34,878 nt of DNA from Chlamydiia bacterium (GTDB lineage: Bacteria; Chlamydiota; Chlamydiia; Chlamydiales; Parachlamydiaceae). Of the stretch, positions 9,302 to 19,775 are shown piece after piece. The notes below the pieces were generated by a model. It saw nothing but the letters and a program-made list of their open reading frames with translations. It was not told the origin of the DNA and searched no databases. Within the stretch, counting starts at the first letter, position 1. The number at the start of each line of letters is the position of its first letter. The stretch covers positions 1 through 34,878 of the forward strand of contig JBBSJT010000009.1 of the NCBI GenBank assembly GCA_038257035.1, given 5' to 3'. The position numbers and the translations under genes were made by a program.

Positions 9302-10381
9302 TTAATATGCTGATCTGATGATTTCGCGGACGGTTCGGTCACCGCTCTTTAACATTTTCAATTCTTTTTTAAACTCATTTATATCATTTTTTAAACGATC
9401 ATTAAAAATGGTAAGTTTAAAAATCGTTTCATAAGTGCTACCATATAAATAACGCTGAATAGACTGATATTTGGGATTTTCAAAAGCCATATCAATTTCA
9501 CTTTTTAGCTCATTCACTTGTTGTTTTAAAAGAGCGTTAAAAATTTTCAACTGATCTTCTGTTTGTTCTTTTTTTGCACTATTACCACTCATCCACTCAA
9601 GCTCAAGCTGTAGCAGAGTGTGTAAGTCTTTATTATCGTAGGCTGTGGTAAGCTTTTTCATCAGCTTTTCTTTGTCTTTTTTTAAATTTAAATCTTGTTC
9701 TAGATCGGGATGTAAAACTTTTGCAAGCTGCTTGTAAATACCACTTAATCCTTGTTTTTGCAAAGCTTCCAATTTCTTCTCTTTTTCTTCCAGGTCGAGT
9801 TGCTTTTTTGATTTTGGCTTTTCTTCAAATTCATCGCCTGCATTTTCTTGGGCACGGGCAAATGCTTCTGCAAATTTCCTCATGATATCCTCTTGATTAT
9901 CTTCATCGCTAAAAGAAGATAAATCGATATCAATTCCTTCATCATGAAACTTTTCAATCATTTCATCTTTTAAATCATTAATTTTTGCAAGTTTGATTTC
10001 ATCAAAATTTACATTTTCAAGATCTTCAACAATTTCTTTAATTACAGTATCTTCGCTCATATTAAAGGAACCAAGTTCAATGATATTCTGAATTTTATCT
10101 AAAACGATGTTTTTTAAAGTCTCTTTTTCTTTTTTCTTTAAACGCTTATCATTTTTATAGTTTTCATATAAATGTTTCACAATTTCCTTAAATACGTTCC
10201 CAAGTTCACGCTCGCTTGGTTGCACATTTCTTTGGTAAATGGAAAGACATTCATCTAAACTCCTATTAACCGTGTTTAGTTCATTCTCTAGTTTTTCAAT
10301 ACTTTTTCGTAAGCGATTAAAAGTAGCTTTAGATTTACTTATCAGAGGTTTTTGCTTTTTTGCTTGAATAACTGCTGACAT
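9302..10381 (-). CDS. Coiled-coil protein with an internal J-domain-like motif
   Basis: IYKQLAKVLHPDLE...MKKLTTAYDNKDL resembles J-domain helix II-HPD-helix III. RBS gaagg upstream. Confidence 0.65.
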   Translation of the reverse strand: MSAVIQAKKQKPLISKSKATFNRLRKSIEKLENELNTVNRSLDECLSIYQRNVQPSERELGNVFKEIVKHLYENYKNDKRLKKKEKETLKNIVLDKIQNIIELGSFNMSEDTVIKEIVEDLENVNFDEIKLAKINDLKDEMIEKFHDEGIDIDLSSFSDEDNQEDIMRKFAEAFARAQENAGDEFEEKPKSKKQLDLEEKEKKLEALQKQGLSGIYKQLAKVLHPDLEQDLNLKKDKEKLMKKLTTAYDNKDLHTLLQLELEWMSGNSAKKEQTEDQLKIFNALLKQQVNELKSEIDMAFENPKYQSIQRYLYGSTYETIFKLTIFNDRLKNDINEFKKELKMLKSGDRTVREIIRSAY

Positions 10382-10518
10382 GATTACCTTCTATAACTTT
10401 TTGAAAAATATTATACCAAGGTAATCCTTTTTAATCAATATCCTGAAAAACATACGAAATAATATTTTTTTAAAATGTATTATGAAAGAAAGTGAGCAGG
10501 GGAGGCATGAATTGTTTT

Positions 10519-11619
10519 TTATAAATTGGATCGAAGAGGCTTGTCGCGATTTAATGTTTCGTTTTCCTTAATAATTATTGCATCGAGGGCAGCTTCGGGG
10601 ATTGAATTTTTTATCTTATTTTTTGGATCAATTATTAAGATGGATTTTACAACTCTTGCAAAAGCCGGGTATTTTGAAATAAAATCAGGTTCTGTTTGAA
10701 TAAATTTTAACCCTGTATTTATTAAGTCAGACAAAGGTGGTCGGCTAATAATAATATCGAATTCTTTTTTTGCTAAGGGTTTTGAAATGTATTTAGTTTG
10801 GAGTAAGAGTTCTAACATTTCAAAAGATTTATCAAACTGCATATTGGTTTTAAATATTTTTATCATTTCCAAGATAAACGAATTTTTGTTGAAGTTTTCT
10901 GAGGTGTTGGGGAATGTCTTCATTGTTTTGTTAATCAATTCAGAGGCTTTGCCTAAATTGTTGTTTGATACTAATGATCTAATAACCCCTTCAATCGCAC
11001 GGTTTGAAGAGATTTTATATGCAATTTCAAAAGCTTGATCAAATTGTCCAAGATCAATAAGTTGGCTACACACCTTACTTAAGATGTTTTGATACTCTGT
11101 GTAAGAAAGCATTTCGTTTTTTTCTAGGATGATGGTTGCCCTCTCAATCTCTTTTTCAATATTAACTAATTTAAAAAATTTTCCAAAATGTGGAGGGGTA
11201 TTTTCTTTTTGAGCAAGTAATTCTAAATTATGTATTTTTTCACTATCAAAACCCTTCATGATAGTTAAGATGGTCTTTATTAAACCCATTGTAGATGATT
11301 TAATTTCTGCAAGTTTAATGGAATCATCAAAAATTTTGGTGCCCTCCATGGCTTTCATTAGTTCATTTTTCCCCTCTGATCCATGATCCAACTTTTGCAA
11401 GAGCCAACTGACATAAGACTCGATTAACTTGAGCTCATTTTTTGACAGCTCCAAAGTGATGGCTTTAAATGATGGGCTCACTTGGATGGTGTTGGCCAAA
11501 TCATCATCTTCTAAATAGGAAAAAATGTGTTCTTTAACATCTAGTGGTAGCGAAACCTCTTTTTTCTTTTCAGGTGCTGAAGATAAGACAGGTTCTTGTG
11601 GATTTTTTAAAGGTTCCAT
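10519..11619 (-). CDS. F-box domain protein (putative secreted effector)
   Basis: SLPLDVKEHIFSYLEDDDLANTIQVSPSF fits the F-box consensus, followed by a helical C-terminal region. RBS aggagga precedes the ATG at 11619. Confidence 0.75.
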   Translation of the reverse strand: MEPLKNPQEPVLSSAPEKKKEVSLPLDVKEHIFSYLEDDDLANTIQVSPSFKAITLELSKNELKLIESYVSWLLQKLDHGSEGKNELMKAMEGTKIFDDSIKLAEIKSSTMGLIKTILTIMKGFDSEKIHNLELLAQKENTPPHFGKFFKLVNIEKEIERATIILEKNEMLSYTEYQNILSKVCSQLIDLGQFDQAFEIAYKISSNRAIEGVIRSLVSNNNLGKASELINKTMKTFPNTSENFNKNSFILEMIKIFKTNMQFDKSFEMLELLLQTKYISKPLAKKEFDIIISRPPLSDLINTGLKFIQTEPDFISKYPAFARVVKSILIIDPKNKIKNSIPEAALDAIIIKENETLNRDKPLRSNL

Positions 11620-11747
11620 AGAATCCTCCTGATTCAAATCGATATAAATCCTATATTTTATAATAACTTAAACTAAATTATAACAACAATCTAAAACTAA
11701 ACAGTACTAACTGTTAATTAATGGGTTGTAATTTGAGCCACTGCCAA

Positions 11748-11822
11748 AATTCCCACTCATAGTAGGAATTCTGGGGTTTTTCTTAAACGTTTTTGCTAAA
11801 ATTCCCATTTTAAATAGGAATT
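11748..11822 (+). promoter_or_regulatory. Two 23-bp inverted-repeat operators upstream of the AbiE operon
   Basis: aattcccactcatagtaggaatt (11748-11770) and aattcccattttaaataggaatt (11800-11822); consensus AATTCC-N11-GGAATT. Confidence 0.7.
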
Positions 11823-11861
11823 CAGGTAAAATAAAGAAAAGATGATAGGTCAAGGAAATTT

Positions 11862-12497
11862 ATGAAAAATCCATTAAAACTTATTGAAACTCCATATGTA
11901 GATGCTCAGACTCTGTTAAGGTTTTTAACAGAGTTTAAGAAACCAAGAGAAGTTATTTTAAGAATGGTGAAAAACGAAGAGTTAATCCGGTTGAAAAATG
12001 GGTTTTACCTGATAAATGAAAAATTACTAGAAGGAACTTCTAAAGTTATTCCCTTTGAGCAGGTAGCTAATCTTCTATATGGCCCATCCTATGTAAGTAT
12101 GGAATGGGCATTATCGTTTTATGGAATGATACCCGAGCGAGTCCACACTGTAACAAGTATGGCATTAGGTAGAAATAAAGAATACCATACACCGATTGGT
12201 GATTTTTCCTATTTCTCTTTAACATCAAATAGTTACTCCATAGGAGTTACGCAAAAAAAATCCCCCAATATGATAGGGGGATTTTTAATAGCGAGTCCTG
12301 AAAAAGCGTTAGCTGATCTTGTTTTCAAGACATGTAAGAATCTAGATAAAGAACAACTTTTTGATGAATTAGTAGAATCCAAACGAATAGATCGAGAATG
12401 CTTTCGCGAGTTAAATAAAGAGTTATTAAAAGAGATAGGGAAATCTTATCGTTCCAAACATGTCAACTACCTTATAGATTTAGTAGGATTATTATGA
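11862..12497 (+). CDS. AbiEi-like antitoxin / transcriptional regulator (type IV TA)
   Basis: LIRLKNGFY, PSYVSMEWALSFYGMIPE and IASPEKALAD motifs. Its stop overlaps the downstream ATG (ATGA). Confidence 0.85.
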   Translation: MKNPLKLIETPYVDAQTLLRFLTEFKKPREVILRMVKNEELIRLKNGFYLINEKLLEGTSKVIPFEQVANLLYGPSYVSMEWALSFYGMIPERVHTVTSMALGRNKEYHTPIGDFSYFSLTSNSYSIGVTQKKSPNMIGGFLIASPEKALADLVFKTCKNLDKEQLFDELVESKRIDRECFRELNKELLKEIGKSYRSKHVNYLIDLVGLL

Positions 12498-13368
12498 ATT
12501 TTGATTCAAGTATTGTGCAGATGATTAACAGCTACCCTGATAGCATGCCTCAAATTGATAAACTAAGAGAAATTCTACAGCAAACAGCCCTTTTAGGACT
12601 TGCTCGACACCAATTTTTTCAACACGCTGTTTTTTATGGAGGAACCGCCTTAAGAATTTGTATGGATTAGATCGATATAGTGAAGATCTTGATTTTTCTC
12701 TATTGAAACCCGACCCTGAATTTAACTTCACTCCCTTCCTTCAAGGAATGCACCAAGAGCTTTTGGCTATGGGTTTTTTGTTAGATATTAGCCTGAAGGA
12801 AAAAAATGACAGTGGCATTTGGTCTGCATTTTTAAAAGGGAACACTCTTTCCATGTTATTATCCATTCAAGGAAAAGAAAAAATAAAGGGAATTCATCCT
12901 GAGCAAAAAATACAAATCAAGCTTGAGATTGATACCACGCCACCTCTTTTGCATTTTCCGCCTCAAAGTAAATTAGTCACAAATCCGGTTCCTTTTTATG
13001 TTTCTACATATGAGATTACTGATCTTTTCGCTGGAAAAATGCATGCGGCTCTTTGTCGAAACTGGAAAAAACGAATTAAAGGAAGAGATTGGTATGATGT
13101 TATTTGGTATGTACAAAGAGGTATTTCGGTAAATTTAGCTCATTTGAGGGAGCGGATGCGACAAACAGGGCATTTACACTCTGACGAAAAATTTGGGAAA
13201 AACGAATTGCTAGAAAGAATCCATGCAAAGATAAATGAGATTGATTGGGGATTAGCTAAATCAGATGTTGAAGTGTTCATTCCCGACAAGCAAAGGCTGG
13301 CTATATGGTCAGCTCCATTCTTTCACGATCTCATCAATCACTTAAAAGTTGTAGATGATGAAACTTAA
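12494..13368 (+). pseudogene. AbiEii nucleotidyltransferase toxin, frameshifted by a 1-nt deletion at ~12657
   Basis: The ATG at 12494 reads ...LREILQQTALLGLARHQFFQHAVFYGGTALRI then CMD-stop. Another frame continues LYGLDRYSEDLDF...GKMHA...KGRDWYD. Confidence 0.85.
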
Positions 13369-13682
13369 GATTGTTTTAGTGAAACTTGAATGTAATTGAC
13401 TTCTTTGACGCCTGAAATGGGCATGCCACTGTTATATAGAGCTTTGATCGTGTCTTTATCGACGATTTCTTCCATTTTTATGGCGTTTAGTGGGCGTGCA
13501 ACTTCCAAAGGTGTTGTGATCGAAAGGCGAGAGCAGCGCTTAACAATATAAGGTCCTAATTGGAGCAATTTACCTGTCATAGACTGCATGATTAGTTGAC
13601 CCAGTAGCTTTTTTTGCTCTTCTAGCTCCTCAATTCTTATGCTAAGCTCTTTATGCTGCTGAATTTGTTCTTGTAAGTTCAT
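13365..13682 (-). CDS. Small hypothetical protein, weakly phage Gp157-like at the C-terminus
   Basis: RBS gagg before the ATG at 13682, an N-terminal coiled coil and C-terminal VDKDTIKALYNSGMPISGVKEV. Confidence 0.6.
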   Translation of the reverse strand: MNLQEQIQQHKELSIRIEELEEQKKLLGQLIMQSMTGKLLQLGPYIVKRCSRLSITTPLEVARPLNAIKMEEIVDKDTIKALYNSGMPISGVKEVNYIQVSLKQS

Positions 13683-13831
13683 AATTTTCCTCTTGGAGTT
13701 TAGTTGTTTATTATAAATTTCATCCAATTTGGATGCAACTCAATACGAAGTGAAGAGGATAATCTATTCTGACTGACTTTAAATTTCATTCATGTTAAAT
13801 TAGACTATTACATTATTAGGAAGATTGAAAA

Positions 13832-15274
13832 ATGGAAAATAAAGAGGCATACTGGACTATTTGTCCAAAATGTTACGGACGCGGCAAAAAAAACTTTAAG
13901 CTCACTAAGAAATCGAAAGTCCGTTACCAAACAGCACTTGATGAATACGAAAAAAACCAGATCGAAGGAAAGGTTGCACTACGCCCTAAAGTTACCCAAT
14001 ATTTATGCGATAATTGCACGGGATCTGGATTGATTCCGGCTGAAAATCAGCCTATAGTGGATTCAGAAAATTTTCCACACGTAGCAATCATTGGTGCAGG
14101 TATTGGGGGCGTAGCATTGGCTGTCGCTTGTTTGCATCGTGGTATTCCATTTACTCTTTATGAGCGTGATAACAGCTTTGATTCACGGGCTCAGGGCTAC
14201 GGACTTACCTTGCAACAAGCAAGTAACGCAATTAAAGGATTTGGTCTTTTCTCTTTAAAAAATGCTGGCAACTCCACACGCCATGTGGTTCATACCACAG
14301 ATGGAAAAGAAATTATTGAATGGGGGATGAGGACGCATTTAAATAAAACTAAATCTCCAAAGCGTGTAAATGTGCATATCCCAAGGCAAGCTCTGCGCTT
14401 AGATTTGATGAAACAATTAGGTGACCATAATGCCTTGAAATGGGGGCATCGATTAGTCAGTTTCACAAAATGTGAAGATAAAGGACTTGAATTGCGCTTT
14501 CAAGTTAACGGTGAGATCAAAAATGCGAAAGCCGATTTACTGGTGGGTGCCGATGGCATTCGAAGTGTTGTGCGCAGTTTAATTGTTGGTGAGGATGATA
14601 CACTAAGGTATCTTGGTTATGTGGTAATTTTGGGTATTTGTTCTTTAGAGGCTCTTAATGACCTTGAAAGTTCCTTGCTCGACTTGACTACGGTGTTTCA
14701 AACCGTCAATGGTTATGAGCGGATGTACATGATGCCTTACTCGTTAAGTGAGGTAATGTGGCAATTTAGTTTCCCTATGAGAGAAGAAGATGCTAAAACT
14801 TTAAGCGCAAAAGGACCTCTCGCACTTAAAGAAGAAGCTTGTCGTAGAACAAAAGATTGGCATATCCCCATTCCTCAAATTTTATCAGCTACCAAAACCG
14901 CACAAATTTCGGGTTATCCCGTGTATGACAGAGAATTGCTCAATCCCCAATATTTAAAAAAAGCCGGGGCCATTACTTTGATCGGAGATGCGGCTCACCC
15001 GATGAGCCCATTTAAAGGACAAGGCGCAAATCAAGCACTCTTGGATGCACTGGTCCTTGCGCGCAATATTTCAATAGGATGTACCTTTTCTAAATGGAAA
15101 GAAACCGGCCTTAGAGAAACTGTACTTAACGAATTTGAAGAAGAAATGTTGGTACGTAGCGCTTCAAAAGTTAAAGATTCCGCAGAGGCTGTAGAACTTC
15201 TCCATTCTAAAGGTGTCTTGCGCGAAGGGGATGGACCAAAAGGCCGAACCATCTCGAAGTGTAATCTAACTTAA
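13832..15274 (+). CDS. FAD-dependent monooxygenase with N-terminal CxxCxGxG zinc-finger motifs
   Basis: IIGAGIGG, LVGADGIRS and LIGDAAHPMSPFKGQGANQALLD motifs; CPKCYGRG and CDNCTGSG at the N-terminus. Confidence 0.88.
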   Translation: MENKEAYWTICPKCYGRGKKNFKLTKKSKVRYQTALDEYEKNQIEGKVALRPKVTQYLCDNCTGSGLIPAENQPIVDSENFPHVAIIGAGIGGVALAVACLHRGIPFTLYERDNSFDSRAQGYGLTLQQASNAIKGFGLFSLKNAGNSTRHVVHTTDGKEIIEWGMRTHLNKTKSPKRVNVHIPRQALRLDLMKQLGDHNALKWGHRLVSFTKCEDKGLELRFQVNGEIKNAKADLLVGADGIRSVVRSLIVGEDDTLRYLGYVVILGICSLEALNDLESSLLDLTTVFQTVNGYERMYMMPYSLSEVMWQFSFPMREEDAKTLSAKGPLALKEEACRRTKDWHIPIPQILSATKTAQISGYPVYDRELLNPQYLKKAGAITLIGDAAHPMSPFKGQGANQALLDALVLARNISIGCTFSKWKETGLRETVLNEFEEEMLVRSASKVKDSAEAVELLHSKGVLREGDGPKGRTISKCNLT

Positions 15275-15315
15275 AGTTGCAGCATTGTTGTTAGAAATCG
15301 GCACTGGCAATTTGC

Positions 15316-15348
15316 CTGTCCCTTGAATTGTTTAAATTCCAGGGACAG
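15316..15348. terminator. Hairpin between convergent genes (probable terminator)
   Basis: ctgtccct-tgaatt...aattcc-agggacag stem-loop. Confidence 0.5.
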
Positions 15349-15392
15349 AAGCTCTCAGAGTTGATCCAGTTATAAATTTAACTTATAGCCTA

Positions 15393-17477
15393 CTAGGGGA
15401 CCACCTTTGATTCTCTTTCCCAGAAACGGATATTTCGACATTCCGATAGAAACGTATTTATATCTTTCAAGTCATTAAATTCAATACAGCCTTTGTCAAG
15501 CTCTGAAATAATGCCTGCTTTTTCAAAAAGTAATTTCATGCTATTGGTGTAACCAATAAACTTTAAATGGTTGAAAGCATCAGTAACAAATTGTTTTGCA
15601 GCAGCAAATTGAGCAAGAGCTTTTATTCCCTCTGATGAAGAAAGAATCACAACCGCATCATAAAGCACAGATGGAGCTCCTTGAAGTTTTTGGTCTGCCG
15701 GTAAGCGTTTGCCGCTTTTTGTTACCACTCCACCAACTGTTGGCGCAATAATTTCAAAACTGCATTTTTCTTTTTTTAATTGAGTTTTTAATTCCTCTAG
15801 ATAAGAATCCTCTACGCCGTCAGTAACTATTATACCTACCTTTCTGCCTTCAAAAGACTTTAAAGAATTCTTCAGAATACTAAGTGCTGGTGAGGGAGGG
15901 AGATCGACAGGCTCCTTCGCAATTTCTGCGGGAACAATATTTTCATCTATTCCTAAACCAGCTTTTACACGATTTGCTAAAACTGTATCTATATGAGGCA
16001 AATGAGAGACTACACGTTTACGAATGTCAGGATTTTCAACTTTGCTTAACTCAAAAACTAATGCGTTTACAATATGATCCTGTTCGTTCGATGTTTGGCT
16101 CTTATAAAACTGACGGGCTTGGCTATAATGGTCTGCAAAACTGACCGATCGATCACGGGTTTTTAATCCTGAAGTTGGTTCAGGGAAACTTTTAAATCCT
16201 TTTACAGGACACTCTCTTGGGCCTCCTTGAGGTTGCTCCCAGGAGTTAGGCTCATAATTAACCCTTCCTTTTGGGTTCCGCATGGCCATGTGGCCATCTT
16301 GTTGAAAATTAAGGAAAGGACATTTAGGTGCATTAATAGGAAGATGGGTAAAATTAGGGCTCCCAAGTCGTTTAATTTGTGTGTCTAAGTAAGAAAAATT
16401 ACGTCCCTGTAGCAAAGGATCATTTGTAAAGTCAATACCTGGAATTATATTATTTGTGCAAAAGGCAACTTGTTCTGTTTCGGCAAAAAAATTGTCGACA
16501 CAACGATCTAAGACAAGCCGACCAATCATTTGAATAGGGACTTCTTCTTCAGGAATCAGCTTAGTTGCATCTAGAACGTCAAATTGGAAAGATTCTGCAA
16601 ATTTTTCGTCAAATATTTGCACTCCAAGCTCCCATTCTGGGTAATTTCCTGACTGAATGGCATTCCATAAATCTCTTCTATGGAAATCAGGATCAGCCCC
16701 ATTTATCTTCACAGCTTCATCCCATAAAACGGATTGCATGCCAAGCTTTGGTTTCCAATGGAATTTAACCAAAGATGATTTTCCTTCTTGAGTTACAAAA
16801 CGGAAAGTATGGACACCAAATCCTTCCATAAAACGAAATGAACGAGGACTTGTACGGTCCGACATTGCCCACATAATCATATGCATGCTTTCCGGCATCA
16901 ATGAAATGAAATCCCAAAAATTATCATGAGCTACTTGTGCTTGAGGAAATTCTCTATCAGGTGCTGGCTTTGCAGCGTGAACGAGATCGGGAAATTTTAT
17001 TGCATCCTGAATAAAAAACACAGGGATGTTATTACCTACAAGATCCCAATTTCCCTGTTTTGTATAAAACTTAACAGCAAAACCACGCACATCACGGCTT
17101 AAGTCTGAAGATCCTTTATTTCCAACCACTGTAGAGAAACGTACAAAAACCGGCGTTTTCTCACCTGTACGCTGGAAAATATCTGCAGAAGTAATGTCGA
17201 TAAGGGATTTGTAGGTTTCAAAAAAACCATGGACTCCATAGCCTCTTGCATGTACGACCCGTTCCGGAATACGCTCATGATCGAAATGAAATAATTTTTC
17301 ACGTAAATGGAAATCGTCAAGGGTTGTAGGACCCCTATCACCTGCTTTTAATGAATTTTGATCATCCGAAACAGGAACCCCTTGCGCTGTCGTAAGTATG
17401 GGAGTTTCATTATTGGCTGTTTGGTGAAGTTCCCCACCCGCTGCTTTCGGTTCATTTATTTTTTCTTTGGGCTTCAT
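15393..17477 (-). CDS. katE: Large-subunit monofunctional catalase HPII
   Basis: [33 protein letters not shown], the proximal heme signature RNFSYLDTQ and a C-terminal DJ-1/PfpI-like domain. RBS gagg before the ATG at 17477. Confidence 0.95.
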   Translation of the reverse strand: MKPKEKINEPKAAGGELHQTANNETPILTTAQGVPVSDDQNSLKAGDRGPTTLDDFHLREKLFHFDHERIPERVVHARGYGVHGFFETYKSLIDITSADIFQRTGEKTPVFVRFSTVVGNKGSSDLSRDVRGFAVKFYTKQGNWDLVGNNIPVFFIQDAIKFPDLVHAAKPAPDREFPQAQVAHDNFWDFISLMPESMHMIMWAMSDRTSPRSFRFMEGFGVHTFRFVTQEGKSSLVKFHWKPKLGMQSVLWDEAVKINGADPDFHRRDLWNAIQSGNYPEWELGVQIFDEKFAESFQFDVLDATKLIPEEEVPIQMIGRLVLDRCVDNFFAETEQVAFCTNNIIPGIDFTNDPLLQGRNFSYLDTQIKRLGSPNFTHLPINAPKCPFLNFQQDGHMAMRNPKGRVNYEPNSWEQPQGGPRECPVKGFKSFPEPTSGLKTRDRSVSFADHYSQARQFYKSQTSNEQDHIVNALVFELSKVENPDIRKRVVSHLPHIDTVLANRVKAGLGIDENIVPAEIAKEPVDLPPSPALSILKNSLKSFEGRKVGIIVTDGVEDSYLEELKTQLKKEKCSFEIIAPTVGGVVTKSGKRLPADQKLQGAPSVLYDAVVILSSSEGIKALAQFAAAKQFVTDAFNHLKFIGYTNSMKLLFEKAGIISELDKGCIEFNDLKDINTFLSECRNIRFWERESKVVP

Positions 17478-17637
17478 ATCAACCTCTAAATTTATTTTTT
17501 TAATTATGAATATCTCAATTGGCAATGTTATTCAAGTAAAAAAATAAAAAAAAAGCATCTTGTAAGCCGTTTTAAATCCAGTTATTCCTCATGCTTCATC
17601 GTTAAAAAAAAATAGCAGAGACAAAAGAATGCAATTT

Positions 17638-18669
17638 TTACCAAGCTTCCAATTGTCTAATCAAGAATTGATCTAATTCTGTTCTCAAGAGTGTTTTTAT
17701 TTCTTCTTTTTCGCGAAATAACTCGTGTCGTCCCTCTTGAATGTAAAGATGATGTCCTTGGGGAAGTTTATTTACGAATTTCACATTATATGAGACATCA
17801 ACAATTTCATCGTTTCCGGCCGTTGCTATTAAAATTGGGATTTTTATCGATTCAATCTCTTTTTCAGACCATAAAATAGAAAGGGAATCAGCTGCAGCTT
17901 TTACCCAGCCATAACTCACTCCTCCCATTAAGAACTGCCTGTTCGAAATACATAGCTGCTTCAACTCAAAAAAACCTGCTTCATCAGTGGAATAGGGGTT
18001 ACCTTCATAGGGCATTGTAAGTATGGGATCCCCATGTCCTGCACCCGGGATGTAGCTTTCCAAATTGATGAACCAAGAAGCGCTCCATAGTAAATAAGGT
18101 AGTGCGCTGGAGAGTGGAGTCTCCAAAGCTAATAAAGGTGAAATCATAAAACCAATCTGAAAAGGATGTGTCGCACTTTTTATTTGCAAATACCTTAAAG
18201 CCACATGTCCACCCGTAGAATATCCCCCTAATAGCAATTTGCCAGGAGCATTAGGTATAACAATGTCTTCGACAAAGGCGTTAAGATCATCTACGTAATG
18301 TTCAAAACTATCTATATGTTGCATATATTGAAAAGTATCTTGATCATGATCTTCACTTCTTACTAGGCGCGAAGATCCTCCTTGTCCACTTAAATCATAC
18401 ATCCAAACATCCAAGCCATGCTCTAATAATGGGACGATGATTATTTCATAAAATTCTAAAAAAGTGCCTCTTCCTTGAACAAAGACTACAGTTCCTTTAG
18501 ATTCTAAAGGAGTTTTGAAAAAAGAATAACGTAGGCGATGCCCTTTTTCATTAATGTAATGCTCTGCCTCTGCTATGCCTTCATTGTAGGCTTCTTGTGC
18601 GCTATTTGCTACTATTGGTTCTGAAAAAGCGCAACAAAAAAAGAAAAATAGGGTTAATAAATATTTCAT
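17638..18669 (-). CDS. Secreted alpha/beta hydrolase (lysophospholipase L2-like)
   Basis: Signal peptide, DLSGQGGS, nucleophile GYSTGG, acid DEIVD and catalytic His in GRHELFRE. Confidence 0.85.
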   Translation of the reverse strand: MKYLLTLFFFFCCAFSEPIVANSAQEAYNEGIAEAEHYINEKGHRLRYSFFKTPLESKGTVVFVQGRGTFLEFYEIIIVPLLEHGLDVWMYDLSGQGGSSRLVRSEDHDQDTFQYMQHIDSFEHYVDDLNAFVEDIVIPNAPGKLLLGGYSTGGHVALRYLQIKSATHPFQIGFMISPLLALETPLSSALPYLLWSASWFINLESYIPGAGHGDPILTMPYEGNPYSTDEAGFFELKQLCISNRQFLMGGVSYGWVKAAADSLSILWSEKEIESIKIPILIATAGNDEIVDVSYNVKFVNKLPQGHHLYIQEGRHELFREKEEIKTLLRTELDQFLIRQLEAW

Positions 18670-19032
18670 GGTTCCTTCCAAAATGAAAAAAGCTCTTAAT
18701 TTATACAGAAAAAATTATAGCTCGTATTTAAAATTTATAACGGTAAAGTCATTGTCTTCAATAAAAGCAGATCGGTCTATTTCAGTAAGACCTTCAATGT
18801 AACGGAGATAAACTTTAACATGAGTAGTGATTGCATGACAATAAGAAATTTACGTAATATACATACAAAAAGCTTTTATAGTTTAAGGAAAAAAGAGTTA
18901 GATATCTCAATTTAAGACTCTGTCGTGCAAAAAAATAAATCCATCAATCTTAATAAGATCTTAACAATTATAGTGTAATCTTATTTTCAATATAAATTAA
19001 AATATGATACAAATTAAAAAAAGGGATTAAAC

Positions 19033-19740
19033 ATGTCTTATGTTAGTTTAACACACTCAATTATTAAACCGGCGGAATCGTATATAAAAGAACATATGGA
19101 TTCATCAAATCTATCAACTAAAGCAGCCCATTTGGGATTGGCAGCACTTTCCTTTCTAACAACAAGTGCTGATTCACTAATTGGAATGGGCGCAGGATTT
19201 GGAACACTATTAACTTATGGAAAGAGCAAGACAGTCTATAAATTCTCCATATACCATCTTGGTTCCTCTAAAGTTGTTTTGCTTTTACCGTACAAACAAT
19301 TAATGGAAATGATAAATCCTGAAGCAAAATTTCCAGCTAGAGTATCAAAAAATGCAACACCTTTTACGAAATACCTGGGGTCACTGGCTGAACATCAGCT
19401 TCCAATGATAACGGCAGATGGCAATGGCTTTGTCTCTGATTTGTTCATTGAACCAATAAAGGATATAGCACGAACATGTTACAATTCCGATAATTTCTTA
19501 AAACGTCATGTGGCTTCACGTTTAACATATGCACTATTGGCAATTTCTTGTATTGTGACCAGAGTTGTTGATGGGATTATTGGTGTGCCTGCAGGATTAC
19601 TTTCTCTAATAACCGGAGGCAGTTTTGAGTCACTTAACAATTTGGCATTTAGAGCACTTCAAGCACCTGCTATTATAGAGGATCTTACATATTGTTCTAT
19701 CAAAATTCTCAATCCTTTTACAGGGACAAAATCGGCTTAA
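19033..19740 (+). CDS. Hypothetical membrane-associated protein with an internal duplication
   Basis: 235-aa ORF with RBS aaggga. Two similar hydrophobic segments (ADSLIGMGAGFGTLLTYG and VDGIIGVPAGLLSLITGG). Confidence 0.7.
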   Translation: MSYVSLTHSIIKPAESYIKEHMDSSNLSTKAAHLGLAALSFLTTSADSLIGMGAGFGTLLTYGKSKTVYKFSIYHLGSSKVVLLLPYKQLMEMINPEAKFPARVSKNATPFTKYLGSLAEHQLPMITADGNGFVSDLFIEPIKDIARTCYNSDNFLKRHVASRLTYALLAISCIVTRVVDGIIGVPAGLLSLITGGSFESLNNLAFRALQAPAIIEDLTYCSIKILNPFTGTKSA

Positions 19741-19775
19741 TATCAAATTCAAGCGAAAGAGCATTTAATGCGCAT

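Noticed and set aside
12651..12665. Programmed ribosomal frameshift in the toxin
   Set aside because: No canonical slippery heptamer or obvious stimulatory structure; a simple deletion or sequencing error is more parsimonious.
18715..18865. Short minus-strand coding-like frame (ISYCHAITTHVKVYLRYIEG...)
   Set aside because: It has an in-frame stop right after the only nearby ATG and no recognisable homology.
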